DNA of 64,000 nt from a virus. Lineage: Duplodnaviria; Caudoviricetes. Both the position numbers and the translations under genes were made by a program. Positions 1 to 9,804 of the stretch are shown here, piece by piece; positions within the stretch are counted from its first letter, which is position 1, and every line of letters starts with the position of its first letter. A model generated the notes under the pieces. The model saw only the letters and a program-made list of their open reading frames with translations. It did not search any database and had not been told where the DNA came from. Location of the stretch: positions 96,425 through 160,424 of IMG/VR virus record IMGVR_UViG_3300048502_000015. One strand, written 5' to 3'.

Positions 1-725
1 ACGCTACTTCCCGTTGGGTTATAACCAAGATTGGCTCCGAAGGAATGAAACGATTCCCCTTGTCCAAGAACCCCTTTAACCCCCGAACTAATAAGGTGGA
101 GTGTAGCCGCGTTCTGGTATCCTCTTTGAAGAAGACCTGCTGCTGCGGCACCAACCCTTCCTATTGTACTTGGGGCAGCACTCATGTCTCCTTGATTATA
201 GGCGTCAATATCGGCTTGATTATACCCTCCGAAACTAGCTACTCTGGTTGCCAAGTCTCGGGCATACTGTAACTTATCGTTTAGCTGCCAATCACCGAAC
301 TGAGGAATCTTGATTCCTTCGGAAAGCCCCTCGTTATACTGGCCCAAATTCACATTTGGAATAGGACTGGGCTGTAGTTTGTATTGAGCTTCGGTCATTC
401 CCGGAGGAATAGAAGCGTTTGCACCGCTACCACCCAAAATAGCTGAAGCAAATCCTCTTAGACCACCCCTACCCCCGACACTTTCCAAAGCCTGTTCGGG
501 AGCCACGGTTTTCATATTCGCTTGTTGATTATTTGAATCCACAAGTTGATCTTGAAGCCGATTTGCGGAATCGGGGTTAGCTACATTTGCGTAATAGCTA
601 TTGAGTTGCTTAAGCTGGGCCACCAGTTGTTCGGTAGCGTTATAGAGATGCTTCTGAATGTTAACGGCGGGAGTACTAGATCCCTGAGTAGGATCGCCGC
701 CCGTATTAGAGGAAGATGTGGACAT
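1..725 (-). CDS. Probable tape measure protein, N-terminal part (runs off window)
   Basis: Hand translation from ATG at 725 (MSTSSSNTGGDPTQG...) stays open to the window edge; Ala/Gly/Gln-rich; lies downstream of the tail chaperones. Not in the ORF track. Function from synteny. Confidence 0.55.
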   Translation of the reverse strand, partial: MSTSSSNTGGDPTQGSSTPAVNIQKHLYNATEQLVAQLKQLNSYYANVANPDSANRLQDQLVDSNNQQANMKTVAPEQALESVGGRGGLRGFASAILGGSGANASIPPGMTEAQYKLQPSPIPNVNLGQYNEGLSEGIKIPQFGDWQLNDKLQYARDLATRVASFGGYNQADIDAYNQGDMSAAPSTIGRVGAAAAGLLQRGYQNAATLHLISSGVKGVLGQGESFHSFGANLGYNPTGSS

Positions 726-775
726 CAATAATTATTGCTTAGCTTTTTCCTACAAGGTGTGATATAATTGGTAAT

Positions 776-1024
776 ATGGATGATTACTACAGTGAATATC
801 CTCACGTATCAACCAATACGTATCCGGGTGATCCAAATCTATTCAATCCGCTTAAGATTTTCTTCTTTTGGGGGCTTTTGGTACACGTAATCCCATTGAT
901 TGGCCTATATTTCATTTGGTTAATGATTATAGGACATGTTGTAGCCGTAATCGGATTGATAGCAACGGCATTCGTCTGGGTTATGGCATTTCGTTGGGCC
1001 TTGAGAGTCGGCAAGACCCTTTAA
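776..1024 (+). CDS. Small membrane protein (2 TM), moron-like
   Basis: Two hydrophobic stretches; own promoter TGATATAAT (760-768) 7 nt before ATG. Confidence 0.6.
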   Translation: MDDYYSEYPHVSTNTYPGDPNLFNPLKIFFFWGLLVHVIPLIGLYFIWLMIIGHVVAVIGLIATAFVWVMAFRWALRVGKTL

Positions 1025-1260
1025 CCCCAGGCGTTCTCTTCCTCTAGCATCTTAAGGAAGTTTTCAAAATCCTCGGGGCTATTCTGATCAATGAAGCGAA
1101 TGTCGTGTTGATCGTCTAGTCTAAACTTCTCCGGATTCAACATACGTTCCCAAACTTCGGGATTGGTGTGGCCCATTTCTGCCAGAATCTTGGCAGTATA
1201 CTCGGCGTTACTTAGCTCTACCTTTGCCTCTTCTTCCTTCCAGAGAAGGAAGTTAAGCAT
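1021..1260 (-). CDS. Tail assembly chaperone C-terminal extension (gpT-like, -1 frameshift product)
   Basis: Frame is open upstream to 1380 and is the -1 frame of the 1272..1823 gene at G GAT TTT. Confidence 0.75.
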   Translation of the reverse strand: MLNFLLWKEEEAKVELSNAEYTAKILAEMGHTNPEVWERMLNPEKFRLDDQHDIRFIDQNSPEDFENFLKMLEEENAWG

Positions 1261-1271
1261 TTCAGTTTGAG

Positions 1272-1823
1272 CTAAGTTGAGATCGGGATATCCCCAGAAG
1301 TCTCTTCGTTGGAAAAATCCCTGTCGGTCAAGTTGTCGGCAGAGGTAGTAGATAGGGTCCGCCCCTTCTCGTAAAAATCCCGCAACGCACCAATAGCACC
1401 AAAAGATTCCTTTTCAAGTTTAACCCATTCGCTAAAGAGATATTCAAGGGTCAACTGGTTCCAGCCGGTTCTTCCACCGTTATTTGCGTCTTGTTCTCCG
1501 GTTACATAACGAAGGCGAACTCTAACAAATTCTTCAAGATTTGGTCCAGCCGGAGGAAGAAACGCCGAATCTCCGTCAATGGAAACCAGAGCCATTCCTA
1601 CATGAGCGTTGTTGTATACGTCACGAGCAGCAAGGGTGTCCTGCCAAGGAGCAATGACCTTAGCAATCTCGGCCTTTTCCATTGGCTTTAGGGTTCTTAG
1701 CACAAAAGAGTGGCCACAAAACTTTACTTCCTTCTGAAGATTCCCCAACCAAATTAGGCCCAACACGGCCTCTTTATGTTCTGCTGGAAACTTATCCCAG
1801 GGATCTGAACTAACTTCTGCCAT
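1272..1823 (-). CDS. Tail assembly chaperone (gpG-like)
   Basis: Directly downstream of tail tube; F-x-LRTL motif; slippery heptamers near 3' end. Confidence 0.75.
   Translation of the reverse strand: MAEVSSDPWDKFPAEHKEAVLGLIWLGNLQKEVKFCGHSFVLRTLKPMEKAEIAKVIAPWQDTLAARDVYNNAHVGMALVSIDGDSAFLPPAGPNLEEFVRVRLRYVTGEQDANNGGRTGWNQLTLEYLFSEWVKLEKESFGAIGALRDFYEKGRTLSTTSADNLTDRDFSNEETSGDIPIST
1374..1380 (-). promoter_or_regulatory. Programmed -1 frameshift site G GAT TTT (second identical copy at 1314-1320)
   Basis: CGG GAT TTT TAC; the -1 frame reads FLREGADPIYYLCRQ... and continues into 1021..1260 without a stop. Confidence 0.7.
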
Positions 1824-1849
1824 ATACGCCTTTCTCCCTTACGGGAACT

Positions 1850-2497
1850 TTAACTTGAAACGTTATCGCGTAGATTGAACGCGATGTTTTGAGCGCCGTT
1901 ACGAGTCATGTAACGATAACTGATTGTAATCTGCTTGATAACCTCAAGCGTTGAAACTTGGATTTGTTCGCCGTCGATAACGTTGGTGATAACGCAACCA
2001 TGATATTCTTCTGTGTAAGGGGTTGTTTGTGCGGCTGTATTTCCCCCGATAGCAAGCGGACGGATAATCTTAACGACCTGAAGTTTATCGGGAGTCATTT
2101 GTGCCTGACGGATGAAGATTTCAACAATGTCAGTGGCACCCGTGAAAGGACCCGTACCAAAGCCCCCTGTGAAGCCGTTTCCAGGGTCCGCAAATGGATT
2201 AGAAGGAGATGAACCCGTAATGCTCGCTCCTAGTGCATCCCAAATTTTAGAGGCTGTTCCACCGCTTCCAAATAGTTCGAAGATATTGAGAGTGATTTGT
2301 CCTGCTCCTGCTGCTACAGGAGTGATGATCTCGATTGGATACGGTTCATCCATCGGCTGAATTACTGACATTCCTTGGCCAACGGGCTGAGGGGATTGAT
2401 GGGCAACCTGCTGACAAAAGGCAATCGGTTGACCACCAAAGGTGAACGTAGTTAATACGCCTCCTGTTCGAACTCTTGATTGTGGTGCAGTTGCCAT
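1850..2497 (-). CDS. Tail tube protein
   Basis: Follows sheath; YHGCVIT and EVIKQITISY motifs typical of myovirus tube proteins. Confidence 0.75.
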   Translation of the reverse strand: MATAPQSRVRTGGVLTTFTFGGQPIAFCQQVAHQSPQPVGQGMSVIQPMDEPYPIEIITPVAAGAGQITLNIFELFGSGGTASKIWDALGASITGSSPSNPFADPGNGFTGGFGTGPFTGATDIVEIFIRQAQMTPDKLQVVKIIRPLAIGGNTAAQTTPYTEEYHGCVITNVIDGEQIQVSTLEVIKQITISYRYMTRNGAQNIAFNLRDNVSS

Positions 2498-2520
2498 CGC
2501 TAATTATATTCCGTAGTTGG

Positions 2521-4047
2521 TTATGAAGTTGTCGTAGAATCAGATGTCGTTACGACACTGTTTGTAAGATCTAGCGAGAAGGTCACGTTTACATACTTGA
2601 CCGTGAATGCAGGTCGGTAAGAGAATGTTGCCGTAATGACGGTTGGGTTAAGCGAAATCAAAGAACATACAGGAACGCTGTACGAGATAAGAGATCCAGC
2701 CTGCTGTAGCTGAGACAATACTCCGGAGATTGCTGAACGAACCACGTATGGAGAGTTGGAGTCTGCGATGATCTGTCCAATAATTTGATTCTCAAGGGTA
2801 GCCTTAACAGATTCAATCATCTGGAACTTGGCTCGAACAACCGAAAGACTTGATCGCGCTGCTCCCGTTGAATCCATTGTTAGGTCATCTCGACAACGAA
2901 CGGTCTGGGAGTTCGTAAGTTGCTCCATAACCATAAGTCCGTCACCGGCATCAGTGTTCTTATCACTTAGCTGGCGATAATCAAGAACCGCACTAAATCC
3001 AGAAATAGTTTGTCTACATAGGGAGGCCGATACTGGTCGGGCAGCTAAAGCTCCAGCAACAGCGGCAGCCATGTACTGTCCACCAACGGCTAGTCCATTT
3101 TGATTTGAAGAAGGAAGAGGGACCTGGAAGTTCGAGGTATTGATCATGACATTTTGCTGATTAAGGGCACCGGCATATCGACTCTCTAGGGTCGAAGCAT
3201 GAGATCGAATAGTAGCCATTTGTGCTACCGAATTAGAGGAGCTACTATCTTCCCCGAAAATCCCGAAAATGAACTGTTCCTGACCGTTCATAAAGGTTTC
3301 GTGATCTTGGACAGCTTCAAAAACAGAAAGTTGGACTGAATCGGTAACGCTAGTCCATGACTGACCGATGATTGGAACAATGATGTCGATGTTGTTGTAG
3401 TTTCTAAGAACGTAAAGGGTATCCGCCCAAGTCGATGCTGTAGCAATTTGGGTAGCATTTGGCTGCCCCTGTGCCGTAGTAGGGTTACCAGGAGTAGCTC
3501 GAACGAAAAGTGGCTGGCAGATAACTGATCCTGCGCCATTCTGGAAGGCGTTAAGTGCAGCGAAACTCATTGGGGAGCTAATTGCTGTACCAGCGGTGTT
3601 GAATGCTGGTCCATAAAGAGACTGGACGGCTCCAAGACTATTAAGCATAACTGCGTTGAAGTAACCCAACGGGATATATGTGTAGGTTACGTAGAGAAGA
3701 ACCCCACCAGAATAAGGAATCGTTCCTCCTGATCCGGTAGCGACGGCTGTAATGGTTCCCGTACCAGTGTTAACCGTATAATCTGTAGTCAACGCATATC
3801 CCGCCGACGTAGGATTCAAAACGTTTGTGACCGAAGTTACGGCGACAAGGGTAGCTCCCGGATTTGCAACTAGAGTAGGAAGTGTGTTAGCGGTTGTACC
3901 GGAAACAAGGATTTGATCAGTGGCCGTTTGAAATCCCTGAACGGGGGCAACTATACAGACATTTGAACTAGGAGAAATCTGCGGAGCAGTACCAGCATAA
4001 ATAATCTGTTCTACTACTGACGCTCCTGGGGCAATGTATAGTGACAT
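2521..4047 (-). CDS. Contractile tail sheath protein
   Basis: N-terminal YIAPGASVVE; YMAAAVAG; C-terminal LSVVR and YRPAFTVKYVNVTF sheath motifs; 508 aa. Confidence 0.9.
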   Translation of the reverse strand: MSLYIAPGASVVEQIIYAGTAPQISPSSNVCIVAPVQGFQTATDQILVSGTTANTLPTLVANPGATLVAVTSVTNVLNPTSAGYALTTDYTVNTGTGTITAVATGSGGTIPYSGGVLLYVTYTYIPLGYFNAVMLNSLGAVQSLYGPAFNTAGTAISSPMSFAALNAFQNGAGSVICQPLFVRATPGNPTTAQGQPNATQIATASTWADTLYVLRNYNNIDIIVPIIGQSWTSVTDSVQLSVFEAVQDHETFMNGQEQFIFGIFGEDSSSSNSVAQMATIRSHASTLESRYAGALNQQNVMINTSNFQVPLPSSNQNGLAVGGQYMAAAVAGALAARPVSASLCRQTISGFSAVLDYRQLSDKNTDAGDGLMVMEQLTNSQTVRCRDDLTMDSTGAARSSLSVVRAKFQMIESVKATLENQIIGQIIADSNSPYVVRSAISGVLSQLQQAGSLISYSVPVCSLISLNPTVITATFSYRPAFTVKYVNVTFSLDLTNSVVTTSDSTTTS

Positions 4048-4126
4048 TCAAGTTCCTAAAGTAAATCTTTCATTCATTATCTCGTTGTTCAGATAAGGAA
4101 GATAGGACTCAGATTGCTATTTGTCC

Positions 4127-4873
4127 TTAGGAGGGAGCATCAATCTTCATGTAATCGTCACTTGGGATAACGCCACCAGGAAACGTCGATGGATCGGTAT
4201 CTTCTGGATCATCCGGGTCCCACACATACAAATCGACTTCATCGACAAATCCAGGAGTATTCGGCGTGTTCGGCGTGTTGCTGTAGAATTCGCCCATTAC
4301 TGGAATTCGATAAGAGGTTTGATACACCAATACGTCTTCTGGCATCCAGGGAGCGATCTGTTGCATTTCTCCAAATCCTGCCGGGACATTTTGATTGAGA
4401 ACTACGTAATGCCACTCGCCATAAAAGGCATCTGAGTTTGAATCATACATTCGATTCCAGAAAGCGGCTCCTCCAGGGGTGGCATCAAACATCGCAATAA
4501 CCTCGATAAAGGCGTCGGCTACGGTGTCTCGATCTAGGCTTGATAAACCAAAGATCTCAAATTCAACATCACCTTTGTACCAACGATGGTAGTATTGAGT
4601 AACAGCGGTAACTTCTCCGTCCACAATGGTTGGAAGATACTCAACGTGGCCAACCCCAATATTTGAGATGTCTCGTTCGTAGAATTTGACGATAACTACA
4701 GGAAAATCTTCGATACTATGAGGATAATCTACACTAACAAAGGTAGAGGCCACCGTAGGATCGGGATGACCATTGAAAGCATCTCTAAGAGATTGGACTA
4801 CAATACGCTTTAGAAACGTTTTGTAGCTTAGGGTCGCCATTGGGCGGATTGGAATGGCTGGGGTATTAGTCAT
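4127..4873 (-). CDS. Tail terminator/completion-like neck protein
   Basis: Immediately upstream of sheath; VDYP...FPVVIV and EIFGLSSLDRD pattern. Confidence 0.6.
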   Translation of the reverse strand: MTNTPAIPIRPMATLSYKTFLKRIVVQSLRDAFNGHPDPTVASTFVSVDYPHSIEDFPVVIVKFYERDISNIGVGHVEYLPTIVDGEVTAVTQYYHRWYKGDVEFEIFGLSSLDRDTVADAFIEVIAMFDATPGGAAFWNRMYDSNSDAFYGEWHYVVLNQNVPAGFGEMQQIAPWMPEDVLVYQTSYRIPVMGEFYSNTPNTPNTPGFVDEVDLYVWDPDDPEDTDPSTFPGGVIPSDDYMKIDAPS

Positions 4874-4881
4874 CTAGCGAT

Positions 4882-5640
4882 CTACCTATTGGTTTCTACC
4901 CCATATATAGTGGTATCGTTTTCTCGAACACGATTGGCTTCACAGTATTGTCCCACCCAAAGTCGATCTCCTCCTGCCGGGGGAAGAGAAAACTCTCGAA
5001 TTCCATATCGGTCGGCCCCTCGCATTGAGATCGGCTGGACTTGCTTTAGCTGAAAACGTTCATAGGTGCCTACCACGTTTTCCCAAGGATCAAGCTGACA
5101 AACAATCATGAGATCGTTGTCTCCCGCCAATGGATACCATGGAAGTTGTACTCGTGCCTGTTGGGTACGAAATAGGTTTCCTTGAACGGTTAGCTTCCAA
5201 ACGTCTTCGGCCACATCTGGGAGAATTGCGTAAACTAGATATCCGGGTCCATATCCCCGATATTTTGGGGCATTGACATATCCCATCCCCGGACTCGTTG
5301 GTTGATCAACGACTAGGCTTCCCGTAGGGCTAATCCATTCGGTAGGGCTTGTTTCAACGGACGCAAAGCCAACCCCATTGGTAATTGCGTCGTTGTAAAA
5401 TGTTTGTCCATAAACGGGATCTTGGTTAGCCCCATCAATTGCATACCCGTTAGCCACATCTTCGGCATTGTACATGTGCTTAATGATGACCGGAACGCCC
5501 ATTCTTCGCATGGTTTCCATTGTTGATCGACGCCGTGAACGAACGTCAAATGGAATCACTGGATCGCCGTAATATCGGATAGCGTTAACTGGTCCGCTGT
5601 CGGGAATGATGGGACCGGCATCGACAGAATACAGAGACAT
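4882..5640 (-). CDS. Head closure-like neck protein
   Basis: Position in neck module; PWYPLAGDND...ERF motif. Confidence 0.5.
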   Translation of the reverse strand: MSLYSVDAGPIIPDSGPVNAIRYYGDPVIPFDVRSRRRSTMETMRRMGVPVIIKHMYNAEDVANGYAIDGANQDPVYGQTFYNDAITNGVGFASVETSPTEWISPTGSLVVDQPTSPGMGYVNAPKYRGYGPGYLVYAILPDVAEDVWKLTVQGNLFRTQQARVQLPWYPLAGDNDLMIVCQLDPWENVVGTYERFQLKQVQPISMRGADRYGIREFSLPPAGGDRLWVGQYCEANRVRENDTTIYGVETNR

Positions 5641-6495
5641 TTAGTAGCCTATTCGACTAATGTTTCGAGTCCCATAAGAAGTACCAAAAGCCCCTCGGTT
5701 TGCTGCCTTAGAAGCCACGAGCAATCTACTATGACCCAACTGAAGAAGCTGGCGCTTGTAGAGTCTAACCATCTGAATGTACTCTTGATACTCGGCATCG
5801 TAGTATGCTTTCCAAGTCTGGGAATAACGAGTACGATCTTCATAAACTACTTGTGCTCCGGCTGGAACTGGTTGTTCAATGTATGAACGGATTAGGTGCA
5901 TGACCGTTCTAACGAGAAGTCCCTTTACGAGAATCGGAAGAATTGGGTTTGGGCTTCCATCTTGGTTTGGGGTAGTGAAGTCAGCAATAACCGCGTCAGT
6001 CGGAGGCATCTGAACATTGAAGTCCAAAATTGCTTCTGGAATAAAGGCCGCGATCTTGGTTTGGTCAAAGTGACCCCTCGTTTTGTCTCTGAGCCACGGT
6101 CCTCCATAAAGGGAGTCGAAACAATCTTCAATTCTTAGCCATACCTGATCCACAACGGTTTGACTTGGACTTTCTCCAACAATCGCAAATGGATCGGTAA
6201 CGGTGAAGTTAAGAATGGATGAACGGATCTCTCCGCTAGTCAAAGTAAAGGTTGCGACGGCCTTATATGGACCAACTTCCTGGGTATTACCAAATCGAAG
6301 AAATCCTTGTCCCAGGTCGTTGATTGATCCGTATTGAGTAGTGCTTGATCCATCTGGAAGTTGGACGGTATAGCTAACCGTCACAATATCGTTTGGGTCA
6401 ACGGGAAGTTCGTTTACTTGGCGAAGTCCAGCACAAAGTTCGGCTGTATCCCCTTGGTTTATTTGGCCAATATAATTGCTTACGGCAATAGACAT
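5641..6495 (-). CDS. Head-tail adaptor-like protein with N-terminal Ig-like domain
   Basis: Beta-rich N-terminus (GPYKAVATFT), helical C-terminus, neck module position. Confidence 0.55.
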   Translation of the reverse strand: MSIAVSNYIGQINQGDTAELCAGLRQVNELPVDPNDIVTVSYTVQLPDGSSTTQYGSINDLGQGFLRFGNTQEVGPYKAVATFTLTSGEIRSSILNFTVTDPFAIVGESPSQTVVDQVWLRIEDCFDSLYGGPWLRDKTRGHFDQTKIAAFIPEAILDFNVQMPPTDAVIADFTTPNQDGSPNPILPILVKGLLVRTVMHLIRSYIEQPVPAGAQVVYEDRTRYSQTWKAYYDAEYQEYIQMVRLYKRQLLQLGHSRLLVASKAANRGAFGTSYGTRNISRIGY

Positions 6496-6556
6496 GTCAT
6501 CTATTACTCGGCGTTTTCGTGTGCTATACTGGTTTTAATTCAACAAAGGAAAATGT

Positions 6557-7039
6557 ATGGCTTATAGAGAAGTTTTGATTTACGACATTAACGGAGCCTT
6601 CTTAGGTTCGGGAATTAAGAGGGACGGGGCTATCAAGCTTCAGACACAGAACATCTGGACCGAAGACGAGGGAGAAGCTTTGGAGAAGCAATTGGCTCTT
6701 CTAAACGAGAATCAGGCTGTCAAGGGTGCTTGGCCGGATGCCAGAGATCCCGACGTTGTGACTCTTCTAAACAACCCAAATTTCATGCCGATTGAAACGG
6801 GACCGATGGAAGTTGTTGACGAGGATGCAAGCTATCTGGTCTTTAAGCAAGTTCCTGCCGTTGATGAGTTCGGCGTAGAACTGGTTCCTGAGCAACTTGT
6901 TGATGGCGAAGACTACGATAAGGATGCTTCGGTTATTGTTCACAAGACGATTATCGCTCCACTTCGTCAGTCCGATGTCGGTCAACGGGTAAATGCGGCT
7001 TGCGAACAGATTGCTAAGCAACGGTCAGGTGTGGTATAA
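6557..7039 (+). CDS. Hypothetical protein
   Basis: Promoter TGCTATACT 6522-6530, SD AAGGA. Confidence 0.65.
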   Translation: MAYREVLIYDINGAFLGSGIKRDGAIKLQTQNIWTEDEGEALEKQLALLNENQAVKGAWPDARDPDVVTLLNNPNFMPIETGPMEVVDEDASYLVFKQVPAVDEFGVELVPEQLVDGEDYDKDASVIVHKTIIAPLRQSDVGQRVNAACEQIAKQRSGVV

Positions 7040-7046
7040 TACATCT

Positions 7047-7796
7047 GTGATTTCCACAACTGATAAGCCCTGTCTAGTCATTCCTGATGTGCATGGGCAT
7101 CATGATCGCCTGAATTCCCTGCTTCTTCAAGAAGGAATTATCGACGCTAAAGACAAGCGGATTAACCACGATGTAGAGGTTATTCAGCTTGGCGATCTTG
7201 GTCATTTCGGTGCCGACCACAACACCGGAGATCGCCTCAACTACATGGCGGTTAATCTAGACAACTGGATTGATCACGTTCTTTGGGGAAATCACGACTA
7301 TGCCGTGATGGATTCGCGTAGCCTGTTTGGAGGATATTGTCGTCCAGAGGATATGCTTATAAAGACGATGAATGATCTTATTGACCGCGAAGTTATCAAG
7401 TACGCATTTGCGGCTCATGGATTCCTAATGACTCATGCCGGTCTTCATGCTAAATTCAAACATCAGAATGTGGCCGACGATATCAAGGAAGATCCGGTAA
7501 AGTTTGCCGAATGGATCAACAAGGAACAGGACGATGAAAATTGGCTTGCCACTGTGATTGCCGTTGGATCATCTCGTGGTGGTCGTAGTCCTGCCGGAGG
7601 AATCCTTTGGCGAGATGCTAACGAAAGTCTTTATGACGGATTTCGTCAAGTCTTTGGTCATACATCAAAGGATAAGGTTAGAAAGTACCAAACCCCAAAC
7701 GGGTATTCCTACTGTATTGATACCGGAAACCAGTTTAACGGAGAACTTAAGGGAATCTGGCTTCCAGAAGAAAGGATTGTAGGCGTTAAGATATGA
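7047..7796 (+). CDS. Calcineurin-like metallophosphoesterase
   Basis: DVHG, GDLGH, GNHD, THAG, FGHT motifs; start reassigned to GTG 7047, 6 nt after TGGTATAAT. Confidence 0.85.
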   Translation: MISTTDKPCLVIPDVHGHHDRLNSLLLQEGIIDAKDKRINHDVEVIQLGDLGHFGADHNTGDRLNYMAVNLDNWIDHVLWGNHDYAVMDSRSLFGGYCRPEDMLIKTMNDLIDREVIKYAFAAHGFLMTHAGLHAKFKHQNVADDIKEDPVKFAEWINKEQDDENWLATVIAVGSSRGGRSPAGGILWRDANESLYDGFRQVFGHTSKDKVRKYQTPNGYSYCIDTGNQFNGELKGIWLPEERIVGVKI

Positions 7797-7924
7797 GTTA
7801 TTCAGAACGACAAGGCGATCTATTTGCTGCCACGGATCTCGACGGAATTGCTCACGGAGTAAATTGCCATGGACAAATGGGCGCAGGAATTGCCAAAATC
7901 ATTCGAGAGAAATATCCCGAATGA
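7793..7924 (+). pseudogene. Truncated macrodomain (TARG1/DarG-like N-terminus, 43 aa)
   Basis: Hand translation MSYSERQGDLFAATDLDGIAHGVNCHGQMGAGIAKIIREKYPE*; GDLF and HGVNCxGxMGAGIA are macrodomain motifs. Confidence 0.75.
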
Positions 7925-8598
7925 AGGTAGTGGCGACAGCAGACACTCACGGAGAGCTTCCTTGGATTCAGGAATGCGATCTAGCCATTTTTGCTGGGGA
8001 TGTTTGCCCTATCAACGATCATGATGTGTTCTACCAATACAGATGGCTTAAAGACACTTGGATTCCTTATCTAAGAAAACTTCCGGCCAAGGATGTTGTT
8101 TGGATCTTTGGCAACCACGACTTTATTGGGGACAATATGAGGGTAGAAGAGCCAAAGATCTTTCAAGATCTTAGTTTTCTCTGGGATCAGGAAAAGGATT
8201 CCCATATCCACTTTCTCAACAATACGTCAGTAACCATCGACGGTTTTCACATCTTTGGTTATCCCTACGTCGGAGGACTTTCTGGATGGGCATTCAACCG
8301 TGAACCAGAAGAATTGGAAGAAATGGCTTCGTTGATCCCTCCTTGTGATATACTTGTGACTCATGCTCCACCATTTGGATCAGGAGACAAAGCACAATAC
8401 AAATATCACGTCGGAGATCGCTATCTTGCCGAAAATCTAGAACGGATATCCCCAAAGGTTGTTATCTGCGGGCATATTCATGAAGCATACGGAGTTTACA
8501 AGAGCGCTTATGTCGAGCACGGAATTCATTCTGTGTCATATCTAAACGAACGTTATGAACATAAATTGCATCGGCACCCAACTTTGATCAACCTATAA
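7921..8598 (+). CDS. Metallophosphoesterase
   Basis: ADTHG, AGD, GNHD, THAPP, CGHIHE motifs; start reassigned to ATG 7921. Confidence 0.88.
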   Translation: MKVVATADTHGELPWIQECDLAIFAGDVCPINDHDVFYQYRWLKDTWIPYLRKLPAKDVVWIFGNHDFIGDNMRVEEPKIFQDLSFLWDQEKDSHIHFLNNTSVTIDGFHIFGYPYVGGLSGWAFNREPEELEEMASLIPPCDILVTHAPPFGSGDKAQYKYHVGDRYLAENLERISPKVVICGHIHEAYGVYKSAYVEHGIHSVSYLNERYEHKLHRHPTLINL

Positions 8599-8786
8599 TG
8601 GCCACCCTAATCTATATCCATAGTTTCTCTTTTGACAAATATTTTCTCCATCTGATATTTGATGGAGCAGCGGACGCAGGCGGCTGGTACAGCTATCAGT
8701 TCTGCCGCCATCGTTGGCACAGAGTTGCCGTGGCAGTCGGGTTCGCCTTGATTACCACACTCGGTCTTGTTATGATTGTTGGATAA
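8598..8786 (+). CDS. Small membrane protein
   Basis: TAATG coupling; C-terminal TM segment. Confidence 0.5.
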   Translation: MATLIYIHSFSFDKYFLHLIFDGAADAGGWYSYQFCRHRWHRVAVAVGFALITTLGLVMIVG

Positions 8787-8812
8787 GTAAAGGAACAAAC
8801 AAAGGACAGTTA

Positions 8813-9259
8813 ATGAATGATGATTACGCAGGTATCGGCGGAATTCTAGCCGGATTCGTAGCATTTCTTGTAGGACTTGCTCTAACCATTGTTTTGGTTT
8901 TCGGAGTGATTGCATTTGCCAATAACTTTGGTCGAACTCAATCAAGAGATAACGCTGGTAACCAAGTCAAGATCACGCATATCCTAATCAATCGGGCTGC
9001 ACAGCAAGCCAGGATTAATTATGCGCAGATTGCAGCTACAAAGGCTGAAGCTGATAAGCGCGTTGTTGAAGCTCGCGGTATCGCAGAGGCCCAGCACATT
9101 ATCGCTGGGAGTCTCACGCCCGCCTACCTTCAGTACGAGGCGATTCAGTCACAGCAAGCAATTGCCACATCAGGGCAAAATAACACCGTTATTTATGTCC
9201 CATCTGGAGTCGATGGAGTACCCGTACAACAGGTACAACAGGTTCCTACAGGTAAGTAG
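8813..9259 (+). CDS. Membrane protein with SPFH/prohibitin-like C-terminal coiled coil
   Basis: N-terminal TM; EARGIAEAQHII..SLTP.YLQY motif; SD AAGGA. Confidence 0.65.
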   Translation: MNDDYAGIGGILAGFVAFLVGLALTIVLVFGVIAFANNFGRTQSRDNAGNQVKITHILINRAAQQARINYAQIAATKAEADKRVVEARGIAEAQHIIAGSLTPAYLQYEAIQSQQAIATSGQNNTVIYVPSGVDGVPVQQVQQVPTGK

Positions 9260-9262
9260 ACA

Positions 9263-9293
9263 AAAGAAACCCGGTCAAAAGCCGGGTTTCTTT
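9263..9293. terminator. Bidirectional intrinsic terminator
   Basis: AAAGAAACCCGG-loop-CCGGGTTTCTTT between convergent genes. Confidence 0.85.
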
Positions 9294-9314
9294 GCTACTC
9301 TAGCGAATGACCAG

Positions 9315-9770
9315 TTATAGAGAAGCTTCTACTTCCTTGACGATTTCTTCAACGTCAGCTTCAAGATCCTTCTCGACTACGGCAACTACCTTCTCGACTA
9401 CCTCTTCAACTTCTTTCTCAACGTCAGTCTCTACGTCCTTGACAGGAGTTTCAACTACGCCTTCAACGTCCTTGAGGGCAGCTTCAGCGTCAGCTTCGAC
9501 CTGAGAAATCAGAGATTCCTTAGGGGCTACAGGACCCGGAGCAACCGGCTGGTCCCCAATGGCCGCGACAACTGGCGGTCGAAGACTCTCCTGGTTATCA
9601 GGGTGAACAAGCGGAGTGCCTGCCGTGCGTGCATGAATAGCGGCAATGTTAGCCTTATCGGTTAGCTCCTTGTACTCAGCGACAATCTTAGCTACCGCTG
9701 TTGCTTCGTCTACCTTTGCTTCAGCATAAGCCTTTTCTGCCTCTGCTTTAAATTCATCCCATTCAGACAT
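9315..9770 (-). CDS. Acidic Glu/Val-rich hypothetical protein
   Basis: SD AAGGA; low-complexity helical C-terminus. Confidence 0.65.
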   Translation of the reverse strand: MSEWDEFKAEAEKAYAEAKVDEATAVAKIVAEYKELTDKANIAAIHARTAGTPLVHPDNQESLRPPVVAAIGDQPVAPGPVAPKESLISQVEADAEAALKDVEGVVETPVKDVETDVEKEVEEVVEKVVAVVEKDLEADVEEIVKEVEASL

Positions 9771-9804
9771 ATTCTTGTTCCTTGTTAAATTTGGTTATCA
9801 ATCT

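Noticed and set aside
45-731. Plus-strand ORFs 45..272 and 546..731
   Set aside because: Antisense to the open minus-strand frame starting at 725.
9307-9504. Ser/Thr-rich plus-strand ORF
   Set aside because: Antisense shadow of the Glu/Val-rich gene 9315..9770.
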